Positions 29,357 to 39,660 are shown, counted from the first letter of the stretch. The stretch is 64,000 bases of DNA from a virus (IMGVR_UViG_3300024269_004845), one strand, 5' to 3'. Made by a program: numbers and translations. The notes: generated by a model from the letters alone, not told the origin.

Positions 29357-30190
29357 TTGAGAAGAAATATTACTTTAATATTAATGCTATCCTGCTTTAT
29401 AATGATGCTATCTGGATGTGGGAAAACCGAAACTGTTAATTATAATTTTGATGCAGAAATAGAAAAAATAATATCTGTTGATGCATATGATGAAAATTTG
29501 TTAGATAAAGAACTGCAAGATTCATTAAAAAAAGACGCCGTTAATGAGGACTTAGCGTTAGTCGATACCAGTCTAATAGGTTATGAACAGGCAGCGAATA
29601 AATTACCGCTTGAGGCTATGTTTGACAAACCAGATGGGTTTTATGATGACAAAACTTTTGATTGGTTGGGTGAAAAATGGAGCGTTACAGCATTCGTAAA
29701 TTCTAATAATTTGGAAACTACTGCTATACGTTTACAGTTGGGGTTTGACCCTCAAGACAAAGAATATGCGCAAAGAAAGATTCGTGAATTATCTGATAAG
29801 TTTTTAATGGAATACGGTACAATTCGTCATTATAGTAATATCTATGAATACGATTTGGAAGAAACAAATGATACTCCGATAGAAATTGTAGCAAGTATAG
29901 AAGAGGCTTTTATTACCTATAGGGTTTATTTGTATAATTCAGATAGTGGGAAATTCCCGTGCGTGCAAATTTTCTTTACCAGCAAAGATGGGCTTCATGA
30001 CGTTGATAATAGTGATTTAGCTATGGAAGTTAGATATCTTAAAAATGTGGTAGACAAAGAGGACGAAGAAGTTTTGTTAAAAACAATAAGGCTTAGTCCT
30101 AGCGCTGGTTATATTGTTGATGAACCAAAATCAAAAGAAAATATGACTCCTGAAGACAAATTAGTATCTGGAGGGGTTTTTTACAACTAA
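29357..30190 (+). CDS. Lipoprotein
   Basis: Lipobox LSGC. Confidence 0.75.
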   Translation: MRRNITLILMLSCFIMMLSGCGKTETVNYNFDAEIEKIISVDAYDENLLDKELQDSLKKDAVNEDLALVDTSLIGYEQAANKLPLEAMFDKPDGFYDDKTFDWLGEKWSVTAFVNSNNLETTAIRLQLGFDPQDKEYAQRKIRELSDKFLMEYGTIRHYSNIYEYDLEETNDTPIEIVASIEEAFITYRVYLYNSDSGKFPCVQIFFTSKDGLHDVDNSDLAMEVRYLKNVVDKEDEEVLLKTIRLSPSAGYIVDEPKSKENMTPEDKLVSGGVFYN

Positions 30191-30211
30191 TTAGTAAAGG
30201 AGGCACACAAC

Positions 30212-31669
30212 TTGAAAGTAGGTATTTATTCTAATAATGCACAAGTAAACACCGCTTTGGTGAGTATGTGTGCTAGTTGTGGATGCAAAGTTCAAAAGAT
30301 TTTAACGTATAATAAAGAACAGTTTAAAGGTTCTGATATGGTTTTAATTGACCTGGATAATTGCAATGATGGCAAAGACGTATTGGAAAACGATGTTCAA
30401 ACAATGCCCGAAATAGTTTTTATTGGGATAAGCAAAGATTTGGATTTGCTTGATACTTATCGAGGGATAATGAATGTTGAAAGAAAACCATTTTCCAACA
30501 AGGTTTTTAAACACTACAAAGACTTGGTTCTGAAAAGACTTGAAACAACTATTGTTATTACAAAAGAAGAAAATCGTATATATGATGAATTTGGTATAAA
30601 CTTAGGAGCAACATTCAGCAACTCAAATATTGCAATCGAAGAGCGATTATCTGTTTTAAAGAGTACTATTAAAGATAAGTCTAATTACGATTCTGAAGCA
30701 GTATTCTTAAAGAAAATTGGCTTAGACCAAGTAGAATATAGAGAGGGGAAAAAGATTCCTCTAGAAATTCTTGACATTGAAAAAGAGATTCATAAAGACG
30801 CAATTGTAAGATACAGAATTCGAAAACTAAAAATGATGAATCTTTCAAATAAAGATGTTGATGATAAGATTAATGAAATTATCAATGCTAACATAAACGT
30901 TTCAATAAATAGGCCTAAGATATCTTCTGGTGAACAAGATATTTTAAGTAAGCTTAGAAGACGGGGAGAACGAGGTAGGAGTTTCCAAGAAAGGAAAAAA
31001 GAACTTGAGCGAAATAGGGAAACTAAAATCAATGAAATTCCAGGAAATGAAAAACAAATAATTGCAGAACCGCCCGCAAAAAAGCCCGAGCCAGTAAATG
31101 ATAAAATAGTTGAGACACCAAAAGAAGAGACGAAAAAGCCTGTTCTTAACAAACCAATATTAAGTAATGATGGACCTCCATTAAAGAAGCCCGATGCGAT
31201 AAAACGGCCGATGGTTTCTTTGGGAGCCAAAGATACAAAAGAAGAAAAAACAGAACAAAAACCATCTGTTTCTGAGCCTCCTAAAAGGCCAACATTTGCA
31301 AAACCACAGCTTTTGCTTGATAATGATATTAAAACTGATGAACAAGAAACTAAACAACCTGAAAAATCCGTTTCTAAACAAACGTCGCAAGCGGACGATG
31401 ATGCATTGGCAAAGTTTAGAGCTGATAAGGAAAGTGGCAGAAGAAAATTAGAAGAAAGAAAAGCCCAATTATCTTCAAATCAGCACAATAAAACTAATAC
31501 AATGAATATAAGTGAAGATAGAATAATAAAAGATAATAGCGAGAATGCGTTTGGAGAATCATTAGTTGATAGAATGCATGAACAAATTGGGTATATAAAT
31601 ACACATAAAAAACCCAGAAGGGAAACTGCGCATGATATTGCTAATAAAAAATCTAAACCACCTCGTTAA
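30212..31669 (+). CDS. Protein with receiver-like N-terminus and long charged/disordered C-terminus
   Basis: KVGIYSN...DMVLIDLD...IVFIGIS...RKPF pattern. Confidence 0.55.
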   Translation: MKVGIYSNNAQVNTALVSMCASCGCKVQKILTYNKEQFKGSDMVLIDLDNCNDGKDVLENDVQTMPEIVFIGISKDLDLLDTYRGIMNVERKPFSNKVFKHYKDLVLKRLETTIVITKEENRIYDEFGINLGATFSNSNIAIEERLSVLKSTIKDKSNYDSEAVFLKKIGLDQVEYREGKKIPLEILDIEKEIHKDAIVRYRIRKLKMMNLSNKDVDDKINEIINANINVSINRPKISSGEQDILSKLRRRGERGRSFQERKKELERNRETKINEIPGNEKQIIAEPPAKKPEPVNDKIVETPKEETKKPVLNKPILSNDGPPLKKPDAIKRPMVSLGAKDTKEEKTEQKPSVSEPPKRPTFAKPQLLLDNDIKTDEQETKQPEKSVSKQTSQADDDALAKFRADKESGRRKLEERKAQLSSNQHNKTNTMNISEDRIIKDNSENAFGESLVDRMHEQIGYINTHKKPRRETAHDIANKKSKPPR

Positions 31670-31709
31670 TTATAAAAATATAAAAAATAAAAAAGGAGGG
31701 TAATGTTCT

Positions 31710-32477
31710 ATGGCATTACAAAAAGATGTTGCTGCTAAAATGAAGCAGTATCAGAAAGAGAAGACAATTTTAACTGGCGTTGTCAAGGTTGCTCAAGTCA
31801 ATCGAGACAAAAATAGAGAGGAACTAATCGTTGATATTGATGGTGTTAGAGGTCTTATTCCTAAGGAAGAGATTGATATGTCTTTTACCTTTAAGTCTTT
31901 AATTACCTTTGTTGGCACTACCGTTAAGGTTGTAGTTCAGAATGTTCCTGCTAATGGAGATTTTGTTATCTGCTCCAGAGCGGAAGCTCAGAAGTTAATG
32001 GCTCCTAAGATTTTGAGCCGTCTAGAAGATGGTGAATTCTTTGAGGGCAAGATTATCAATATTTTACCTTATGGTGCTTATATTGATATTGATGGTGTAG
32101 TTGGTCTTTTAAAGAATACCGATTATGCTGAGGACTATACATCTATTAAGGAAATGCATCACGTTGGTGATACCATTCAAGTTAAGATGAAGGGTCGTTC
32201 TTCAAATGAAAAACTTTTATTTGAAGCTGTTACTAAGTATGTTAGTCCTACTGTTATTACCAGAGAAAGCCTTGAACCAGGTCAAATTATTTATGGTGTA
32301 GTGAGAAGTGTTCAGCCTTGGGGTGTATTTGTTAATATTCTTCCAAACCTTGATGCTCTCGTGGATTCTGAGTTCGCTGATATTCAGGAAGACCAGAAAG
32401 TTGCAATCAGAATTAAGTCTATTAAGCAGGATGATGACAAGTTTAAGGTTCGTGGTAAGATTGTAAGCATTCAGTAA
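31710..32477 (+). CDS. Triple S1-domain RNA-binding protein
   Basis: Three S1 repeats (VDIDGVRGLIPKEEI; GKIINILPYGAYIDIDGVVGLL; GVVRSVQPWGVFVNI). Confidence 0.85.
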   Translation: MALQKDVAAKMKQYQKEKTILTGVVKVAQVNRDKNREELIVDIDGVRGLIPKEEIDMSFTFKSLITFVGTTVKVVVQNVPANGDFVICSRAEAQKLMAPKILSRLEDGEFFEGKIINILPYGAYIDIDGVVGLLKNTDYAEDYTSIKEMHHVGDTIQVKMKGRSSNEKLLFEAVTKYVSPTVITRESLEPGQIIYGVVRSVQPWGVFVNILPNLDALVDSEFADIQEDQKVAIRIKSIKQDDDKFKVRGKIVSIQ

Positions 32478-32491
32478 AGGAGGTTGTCAAA

Positions 32492-33421
32492 ATGGGAAAT
32501 TACATAACTAATACTTTTGATGGCTATTCTTTTGGTGCTGATTATAAGCAGGTTTTCCAAAATAAACCTGTTACTACCTTAATGCACGAAGAAATCATTC
32601 GTATGCGTTTTAATGGTTTGATTACCGACGATGACCTGAAGGTTATTAAATTTATTTTTGATTTTAAATTTGCTACTCCTGGGATTATTGCTGATTATTT
32701 AAATACTCAGGAGACAATTGAAAATATAACTAATAGATTGGATAGACTGGTTAAGAATCGCATTCTTAATAAGTTTATGTTGGCAATGATTCCTGAGGAT
32801 TCTATTCCTGCAGATGCTCTTTGCATTTATTGCTTAGACCTTGGGGGCAAGACATTATTGTCTCAGTATTCTCATTGCGATATTGCAAACTGGAATACTA
32901 CAAAAAATAACTGGAGTTCCGATAATATCGGATATGCTTTAGTAACTGCAAACTTTTATGTTCGATTGTTAAAAACTTGCCCTGGCAAACTTGAATATTT
33001 CAAGTCTTGCCCCGAATACAGAATTAATAAGATGGTAGTAATTCCTTCCTTTGAATTTTGTATTAAAGTAAATGGTATGCGCAAGTATTTTATTGGTGAA
33101 ATTGTTCGTGACTTTGATATTCCTATTGGATTTAGAACTAAGTGTGAAAAGTTGGAGAGTATTCTATGTACAAAGGCATGGATGAAATATTTCCATGATG
33201 CTGATGGGGTTCCTCCTGTTCTTTTCTTAATCGGAGAGAATGATTCTGTTGTTCTTGAAGCTGCTCAAATCATTTCTAATGTATCTGGTATTGGAGCATT
33301 TAGATTAACAACAGATGAACGAACTAAAAAGCTTCTCAACGAAGGCGGAGCATTCTTGAAGTATGATGTTGAAAATAATCTTCTAAAACCTATCAAAGCT
33401 TCTACTTTTGACCCAGAATAA
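32492..33421 (+). CDS. Replication-relaxation (Replic_Relax)-like protein, divergent
   Basis: DDLKVIKFIFDFKFAT...RLDRLVKNRIL...IYCLDLGG wHTH followed by a nuclease-like half. Confidence 0.55.
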   Translation: MGNYITNTFDGYSFGADYKQVFQNKPVTTLMHEEIIRMRFNGLITDDDLKVIKFIFDFKFATPGIIADYLNTQETIENITNRLDRLVKNRILNKFMLAMIPEDSIPADALCIYCLDLGGKTLLSQYSHCDIANWNTTKNNWSSDNIGYALVTANFYVRLLKTCPGKLEYFKSCPEYRINKMVVIPSFEFCIKVNGMRKYFIGEIVRDFDIPIGFRTKCEKLESILCTKAWMKYFHDADGVPPVLFLIGENDSVVLEAAQIISNVSGIGAFRLTTDERTKKLLNEGGAFLKYDVENNLLKPIKASTFDPE

Positions 33422-33438
33422 TTAAATATAAAAAAAAC

Positions 33439-33468
33439 GAAACCCCACGATGAGAATCGTGGGGTTTC
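33439..33468. terminator. Bidirectional terminator
   Basis: GAAACCCCACGAT-GAGA-ATCGTGGGGTTTC. Confidence 0.8.
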
Positions 33469-33486
33469 TTATATTTGTAGCAGATA

Positions 33487-35709
33487 TTACTTCTGCATGA
33501 GCAGCATACGTACCTGCTTAACCAGTTCCTTAGAAATATCCTGAGGAGCGCAAGAGATGAGGTTCTTCTCATACATTTCCTTGTACTCACTCATAGTATT
33601 TCGACGGAAACCTTCGTCGCCAAAGAAAATAGCGATAACCTTGATACCTGCCTTACGAGCATTCTTAACGGCAGTCTTAACGTCGTTGATTGCCTGAGAA
33701 TGACTGCGATAGTCAGAAGGCAAACCGTCGGACAAAACCATCAGAATCTTATTCTGTTCCGAGCGCTTCATCAGTTCAGCAGTTGCAACCTTGATGGAGT
33801 AACCATCTTTGTTGCCGCCGCTGAAGCTGCGGCTGGTGCCGTAAGAATAAGCGTAATTGCGAACAGTATCACGGTCTTCAAACTTCTTAACCTGGAAATG
33901 CTTTACACAGTTTCCTTCAGTTGTGAAGTTAGTAATCTTCATTGGCATGAGGGGCTTCAGAGCCTCTTCGATGATGGCACAAGCCATGGTAGAGCGCTTC
34001 TGCTTTTCGCCGCACATAGAACCAGAACCGTCCCAAACAATGCTTACGCAAGAATCTACGTTAAGAGGGTTGCCCTTCTTTTCGAAAATTCTGAAGTCAT
34101 TAGTACCAACTCTGTGGATGGACTTCTTGTTGAGTCTGCCAGAATGCTGGTCAGCGAGGTCGAAAGCTTCCTGCTCACGGAAGAAAGCTTCAAGCTGCTT
34201 ACGAAGCATGCGACCCTGCTTGCGAATTTCATCAGGAGCAGGGAGGCTCACATTTACGTTTACAGCGTCGTAACCTTCGACATGGGGGTCATCATAACCT
34301 TCGCGGATGCTTTCGATATCAGCGGAGCTGAGGTCTTCAGATGCGGCTTCTTCTGCCTCAATCTTCTTGGACTGAGAGGTGTATTCCTTAGCAGCGGATT
34401 CCATACCTTCTTCGATAGCTCTGTCAATTTCTGCTTTTACGGCTTCGTTGACTTCGTTGATATCAGGAGTGCTTCCATCGGCCTGCTTGTTGCCAGAAGA
34501 AGTGCCCTGTCCGTTGTTGTCAGCGTTCTGGCCAGAAGAATCTTCACCATCTTCGCTGCCACCACGTTCGGCATGGTCGGGAGCTTCGCGCTTCGCTGCG
34601 AACGGGTCCTTGGAATAATCCTTACCTTCTTCACCAGAAGAGGAACCCTTGGACTTGTCTTCGCCCTCCTTACCATCTTTACCGTCCTTGCCTTCTCCAT
34701 CCTTGGATTCGCCGTCTTCGCCGTCCTGGTCTCCGTTACCAGCGCCAGTGCCATCCTGCTTCTTATCGGACTTCTTGCCTGCCTGACCTTTACCATTGCC
34801 CTTTCCAGATTTGCCAGGGACACTGATATGGACAGAGAGAGAATCTCCATCGAGGTCAGAATCGGGGCGCTCAAGAGCATTCTTGTTCTGGAAATCGACG
34901 AATTCTGCCAGAAGCTCCATGATTTCCTGCATTGTGGCAGCATCTTCAATCTCGACTAGCAGAAGCTTTTCGAGATAAGGCTTCAGCTTAAGGATAATTC
35001 TCTGAAGCTTTTTAGTAGCTACCAGAGGGCCAGCAATGTTGATGAATTCTGCCACGTCCTTACGAACCAGGTCGACGTTATCGCGGAGTTCCTGGTCGAG
35101 CTTGTCGTAGTACTGAGGGTCTACACCACTGGTTGCCAGATAGCAAAGACACATCATCAGATTGACAACGTTACTCTTTGCAGGAGTATCTGCCATTTTC
35201 CAAAAAGTACCATTCAGGAACTTCAGGTACTTTGCGGAACCAGGATACTTATTGACCACAAAGTGCTCACAACGACCGTCTTCCAATGCATTGTTTAACT
35301 GAGCGGCGATTCTACGTACAACGAGAGGCAACATCTTCTTGCCAGTAGGAGAAAGCTTGGGCTCAAGGTTACTAAATTCCATGATTGCCCAATCCTGGAA
35401 TTTCTTGAACTGACTGAAAGAGCTGAAAAGCAAATGGCTAGTCTCGTGGATGAGCAACGCCATACCCATCATCCATACTTCCATAAAAGTAAAGTTGATG
35501 CCTGCCTTCTTGGAAGCTTCCTTGTGGCCAGGATGGGATTCTAGAGTGAATTCGGGGATGCCAACCGTCACGCCACGGCCATCGGTAAAACTACCGCCAC
35601 CGTAGGGAACGTTGAGACGCAGGTCATGGCGACCTGTCATCATGCACATCTTTCTGAATCCAATCTGCTTCAGCTGGTTCAAAAGTTTCTTCATTTCCTT
35701 GTCTGTCAT
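33487..35709 (-). CDS. CobT/NorD-like vWA protein with N-terminal HExxH metallopeptidase-like domain
   Basis: HETSH and NALEDGRCE; G/D/K-rich linker; MIDAS DGSGSM and LSDGLP. Confidence 0.85.
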   Translation of the reverse strand: MTDKEMKKLLNQLKQIGFRKMCMMTGRHDLRLNVPYGGGSFTDGRGVTVGIPEFTLESHPGHKEASKKAGINFTFMEVWMMGMALLIHETSHLLFSSFSQFKKFQDWAIMEFSNLEPKLSPTGKKMLPLVVRRIAAQLNNALEDGRCEHFVVNKYPGSAKYLKFLNGTFWKMADTPAKSNVVNLMMCLCYLATSGVDPQYYDKLDQELRDNVDLVRKDVAEFINIAGPLVATKKLQRIILKLKPYLEKLLLVEIEDAATMQEIMELLAEFVDFQNKNALERPDSDLDGDSLSVHISVPGKSGKGNGKGQAGKKSDKKQDGTGAGNGDQDGEDGESKDGEGKDGKDGKEGEDKSKGSSSGEEGKDYSKDPFAAKREAPDHAERGGSEDGEDSSGQNADNNGQGTSSGNKQADGSTPDINEVNEAVKAEIDRAIEEGMESAAKEYTSQSKKIEAEEAASEDLSSADIESIREGYDDPHVEGYDAVNVNVSLPAPDEIRKQGRMLRKQLEAFFREQEAFDLADQHSGRLNKKSIHRVGTNDFRIFEKKGNPLNVDSCVSIVWDGSGSMCGEKQKRSTMACAIIEEALKPLMPMKITNFTTEGNCVKHFQVKKFEDRDTVRNYAYSYGTSRSFSGGNKDGYSIKVATAELMKRSEQNKILMVLSDGLPSDYRSHSQAINDVKTAVKNARKAGIKVIAIFFGDEGFRRNTMSEYKEMYEKNLISCAPQDISKELVKQVRMLLMQK

Positions 35710-35798
35710 ATTTTTTATCCTCCTTAGTATTCTTACCATTTTTGTTTTGAGCTTAATATATTATATAATTAAGCTTCATGAATTATCTAATATAAATC

Positions 35799-35830
35799 AC
35801 AAAAACCAAGACCGAAGTCTTGGTTTTTGT
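35799..35830 (-). terminator. Terminator between AAA and vWA genes
   Basis: ACAAAAACCAAGAC/GTCTTGGTTTTTGT. Confidence 0.7.
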
Positions 35831-35839
35831 TTTCTGTGG

Positions 35840-37651
35840 TTACTTAATCATCAGGTCTACGATGCTCTTAACCGCTTCGCGGTCTTCAACATCACGAATC
35901 TTAGGAACGATGGTGCTCATGATAGCACTCTTGATATCGTTACCCAGAGCGATGTTCTGTGCAGCGTAGATGAATGCACGCTGAGAGAAGCTGCGCTCCT
36001 GAATCTCTACACCACGAACACCCTTCAGCTTCTTGTAAAGCTCGTTAAGAATCTTTACGGCCTTAGCGGGAAGAGTAGGAACTTCCTGCTTCAGGATTTC
36101 TGCGATGTTGTCAGGTGCCTCGAACTCGATTACGTGCCAACGGTCCTCAAAGGCGAGGTTCAGCATGCTGGTACCAGCATATTCTGCACCTTCGTTCATA
36201 GTGGCAGTAAAAATAACGTCGTCATTGACTTCGATATTCTTATAACCATTGATGAGGATGTTACGGCGCTTATCGAGGGCGCTGTGGAGAGAAGATGTCA
36301 CAGTAGGACGAAGAGTGTTTACCTCGTCCAGATTGATGAGAGAAGGCTTCTCGAGGGCCTTAGTAAGGATGGAGGGCTCGAACTCAATCTGTGCGGTCTG
36401 AGAACGCATAGCGTCAAACAGAACAGAATAGTCGATATCGCCACCATTTTCCTTAATGGTCTCAATCTGCTCTTCAACGGAAGCGTTAGCGAACGCTTCC
36501 TTATCAATCTTTGCATTTGCGATAGCATCGATGAAAGATGCAAACGCAGCATTTACTGCATCAGGAGAAGGACACTCCTCGCTTGGCTTCATGGACAGAT
36601 AACCGTACAGGCCTTCCTCATCCACACCTGCGGAACAGGTCTTATCGATGAGGTTCAAATCCATGAGGTTGGCAAAGGTGGTAATGAACATGTTCTTACC
36701 ACTACCAGCGGGGCCAACCAGAAGCAGGTTACCCTTGGCGTAAGAGAAGGCGATAGCATTCTCTACTTCCTTGCCATGCGGGATGTAACAAGGAGCAAAC
36801 TCCACGATGTCCTTATGTCCTTCCATCTTCTTCACGAAGAGAGCGATTGCGTATTCAGCAACGCCGACATTCTTCAGCCAGTCGATGCGCTTCTGAACTT
36901 CGGCAGCATCTGCTTCAGCAAAGGACTTCAGAAGCTTATCGTAGTCCTTAGAAGGAGCAGCGACAGCGGCAACCTCTTCCTTCACTTCAACGGTGATGGT
37001 TACAGGGAATACCAGACCATCTACGAACTTAACCTCTGCGGAAGTGTTCTTAGATACCTTCATCGCAGAAACGATATCAGCAACGTTGTCCAGCTTGATA
37101 CCCTTAGCATTTAGGGTAGTCTTTGCAGTAGAGGAAATCTCTGCGGTAGCCATACCGCAAGGAACCTCGTTGTAGTCAAAGACGATGGACTCGTCGTTTT
37201 CAATCTTGGCCACGACAGGAACGGAGCCATTCTTGCGGGAAGCGGAAGCAACCTGCATACGATTAGGGTAGTTGAGCTTATTGCCAGCCAACAGGGTCCA
37301 GTAAGTCTTGGTTACAGTTCCACTGGTAGGAGCAGCGGCTTCCTTAACAGGAATGCCCACCAGAAGAGGGTCAATAGATGTAACCTTAACCAAGTCACCT
37401 TCGGCAACCATATTGAAGACATCCTTTGCCATAGGATATCCATTTGCCGTAGAAGGACGGGCCGCAACGAAACCCACCTCATTGCCATCGGCGGTTTCGA
37501 GCTTGATTGCATAAGGGTCTTCCTTGTAAGTGTTCAAACGAACAACCAGACTATCGCTGGTAGTCAGTCCCTTTGCCATGCTCTTACTAGCGGGTCCAAC
37601 AACGCGAACCTCCTGAATTTCTACGGTATTGTTTTTCTTAGTTCTAGCCAT
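35840..37651 (-). CDS. MoxR/CbbQ/CobS-type AAA+ ATPase with N-terminal HIRAN-like domain
   Basis: GPAGSGKN, LDEVN, ATMNEG..YAG..LN.AF.DR, SQR; N-terminal EDPYAIKLETADGNEVGFV. Confidence 0.82.
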   Translation of the reverse strand: MARTKKNNTVEIQEVRVVGPASKSMAKGLTTSDSLVVRLNTYKEDPYAIKLETADGNEVGFVAARPSTANGYPMAKDVFNMVAEGDLVKVTSIDPLLVGIPVKEAAAPTSGTVTKTYWTLLAGNKLNYPNRMQVASASRKNGSVPVVAKIENDESIVFDYNEVPCGMATAEISSTAKTTLNAKGIKLDNVADIVSAMKVSKNTSAEVKFVDGLVFPVTITVEVKEEVAAVAAPSKDYDKLLKSFAEADAAEVQKRIDWLKNVGVAEYAIALFVKKMEGHKDIVEFAPCYIPHGKEVENAIAFSYAKGNLLLVGPAGSGKNMFITTFANLMDLNLIDKTCSAGVDEEGLYGYLSMKPSEECPSPDAVNAAFASFIDAIANAKIDKEAFANASVEEQIETIKENGGDIDYSVLFDAMRSQTAQIEFEPSILTKALEKPSLINLDEVNTLRPTVTSSLHSALDKRRNILINGYKNIEVNDDVIFTATMNEGAEYAGTSMLNLAFEDRWHVIEFEAPDNIAEILKQEVPTLPAKAVKILNELYKKLKGVRGVEIQERSFSQRAFIYAAQNIALGNDIKSAIMSTIVPKIRDVEDREAVKSIVDLMIK

Positions 37652-37695
37652 GTTTTTTTCCTCCCATTAAAATCTTTTGTTTTTTGGATACTAAA

Positions 37696-38976
37696 TTATA
37701 CTGTGAAAACATACTCCATATAAGCCTTTTTAACTTCTTCATCTGGAGATTTTGCATTCACTTTTGTCAGGAGCTTATTGACTCCTGTGTTGAATTGCTC
37801 GAAAGTTTTCATCCGAAGATATGGCCTGACATCGCCAAATTCGGAGATAAGGTCATCGATACCTTTTGTTTCGTCGGTATAATCCCACAGTGCATATTCA
37901 ACGGAAATTCCGTTTGCTTCGAGTTCCTGGCCGAGTTTAGCAGCCTGAGTAAGAACATTAATATTATAGCACATATCGGAGTCATACGCAACGATTACTC
38001 CCGAAAACTTAGGATACAGGGCCTTAAGACCCTTGATGGTACTCATGATTGGGCGCCAATTCGTAACGCCCTGAATACTGATTGCTGACATGCCATACTG
38101 TTTTCTGATTGCAACAGCCTTGAAAAAGCCTTCGGTAATGAACATTTTCTTGGTAAATTTACCAAGTTCAAAGCCAATTGGGCTACCAGGGCTCAAACCA
38201 TCCTGCAGATATGCGTTGTCAGGGTCATCTTTCAGACAAAAGCTGGAAGAAAACCAAACATACTTGTTGTCAGCCTTTGGGTCTCTTTTTCTGATTTGCA
38301 ATCCAACAATTTTACCCTCAAAGTCTTTACATGGGATAATAATGCCAGACTGATATCCGAATGAGAAAGGCTCTCCTTCTTTTTTGAAAAATCCAGGGAC
38401 TTCAAACAAAACGTCTGTTGTTCCGAACTTTTCGGAGACCTTAGACTCTAATTCCTTACGCAGACTCAAGAGTCTGCGAGGAAACGTTTTGAAGCCATAG
38501 GTCTGAATTTCGTCATCCGTGAACCCTCTTGTCTTCAAAAGGGCTGCATCTTCTTCGCTTAATGTAAGCATATCGAGGAAAATTCGATAAACTTCATCCA
38601 TCACTTGAAGATTTAGGACTTTCTTGACCGAAGGAATGGTCAAGATTTTACGCTCTACATCAGTGGAAATACGACCACTGAAATAGCCGAGGTTGAATTC
38701 CTTGGCTAGGCGCTTAACAGCATCGACAAAGCTTAAGCTGTACAGCTCCATGTAGAACTTTACGGGGCCACCAACGATATCCAACTTCCAATCGTGGAAA
38801 ATATTATTGGGAACGTTGATATTAAAAGACCCCAAACTGCCAGAAGGACGAAGCGGGCTTACAGTTTTAAGATTAGGGCCAACGCCACTAAAAACGCAAC
38901 CTACTCCTTCCAGGACTTCTTTTATCGGAAGTGCATTGCACTGTTCCGATAATTCTTCAAATGACTTCTTAGCCAT
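37696..38976 (-). CDS. Primase-like protein (CHC2-like domain without Zn ligands + DUF3854-type TOPRIM)
   Basis: SPLR..GSF.I.....FHDW...GG...F......SFVDAV..LA; ITEGFFKA, AYDSD, KGIDD. Confidence 0.78.
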   Translation of the reverse strand: MAKKSFEELSEQCNALPIKEVLEGVGCVFSGVGPNLKTVSPLRPSGSLGSFNINVPNNIFHDWKLDIVGGPVKFYMELYSLSFVDAVKRLAKEFNLGYFSGRISTDVERKILTIPSVKKVLNLQVMDEVYRIFLDMLTLSEEDAALLKTRGFTDDEIQTYGFKTFPRRLLSLRKELESKVSEKFGTTDVLFEVPGFFKKEGEPFSFGYQSGIIIPCKDFEGKIVGLQIRKRDPKADNKYVWFSSSFCLKDDPDNAYLQDGLSPGSPIGFELGKFTKKMFITEGFFKAVAIRKQYGMSAISIQGVTNWRPIMSTIKGLKALYPKFSGVIVAYDSDMCYNINVLTQAAKLGQELEANGISVEYALWDYTDETKGIDDLISEFGDVRPYLRMKTFEQFNTGVNKLLTKVNAKSPDEEVKKAYMEYVFTV

Positions 38977-38997
38977 CGTTATTCTCCTCCTCCCATA

Positions 38998-39597
38998 CTA
39001 GAACGGGCTTTCGCCTACCTTTCTTGACACATCCTCGCCCTGCTGTGTATTTCGTTTCGCATCTCTGATTTTGCGAACGTCGTTACACCACAGAGCTAGA
39101 ACATTTCTCAGAGAACCTACCTTAGTCAGCTTTAGCTCACCGATGATAGAAATCGTATCGCCCTTCAGAACATTCTGATGCAGATAAATCGCGTCTGCAT
39201 CAAAAGCGATGAAAGGCAAGAAGAGTACGATACCTCCATCAGACTTAGACTGGAAAGGAATGTCCTTCATCTCGGGTACGTACTGAATGGACTTCTCGTA
39301 CCGTTCTCGAGAAATATTTACTGCTACAGTGGGCATTCGCAGATTGCGAAGCTCAACAGGAACGCTAGGAGTGTTATGAACTACCTCTTTAACGCCATTG
39401 ATGACCACGTTGTTCGTGGAGGTGGCACCTCGTACATTATCCTTTACCAGATAAAACGGTGTCACCAGCTTACTGCTTCCCTTGCAAAGGAAAGGGAAAT
39501 CATCGGTGGTGTTGCCTACACACTGAACGATATTTCTATCTCTATCGTCGTGTACGGCAAACAGGTAGTTCAAATCCTTTTTGTTGTTCTTCTCCAT
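38998..39597 (-). CDS. Divergent single-stranded DNA-binding protein
   Basis: VGN; FLPFIAFDADAIYLHQNVLKGDTISIIGEL matches the SSB OB core; C-terminal PF. Confidence 0.6.
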   Translation of the reverse strand: MEKNNKKDLNYLFAVHDDRDRNIVQCVGNTTDDFPFLCKGSSKLVTPFYLVKDNVRGATSTNNVVINGVKEVVHNTPSVPVELRNLRMPTVAVNISRERYEKSIQYVPEMKDIPFQSKSDGGIVLFLPFIAFDADAIYLHQNVLKGDTISIIGELKLTKVGSLRNVLALWCNDVRKIRDAKRNTQQGEDVSRKVGESPF

Positions 39598-39619
39598 GTT
39601 TTTTCCTCCTTGGTGTATT

Positions 39620-39660
39620 TGTGCTTATATTATTATATAAATATTAAATCTAAATAATAA
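39620..39660 (-). promoter_or_regulatory. Non-canonical promoter motif (class II), copy 1
   Basis: TTATT-18-TATAATAATATAAGCACA; 26 bp identical to 56118-56143. Confidence 0.65.

Noticed and set aside
33700-37114. Long + strand ORFs of 419 and 500 aa
   Set aside because: Antisense shadows of the vWA and AAA genes caused by their codon bias; no RBS or motifs.
33487-37651. Cobaltochelatase CobS/CobT for cobalamin synthesis
   Set aside because: No CobN or other cob genes; the HIRAN-like and HExxH additions and the DNA-metabolism context point to an MGE-type MoxR/vWA pair.
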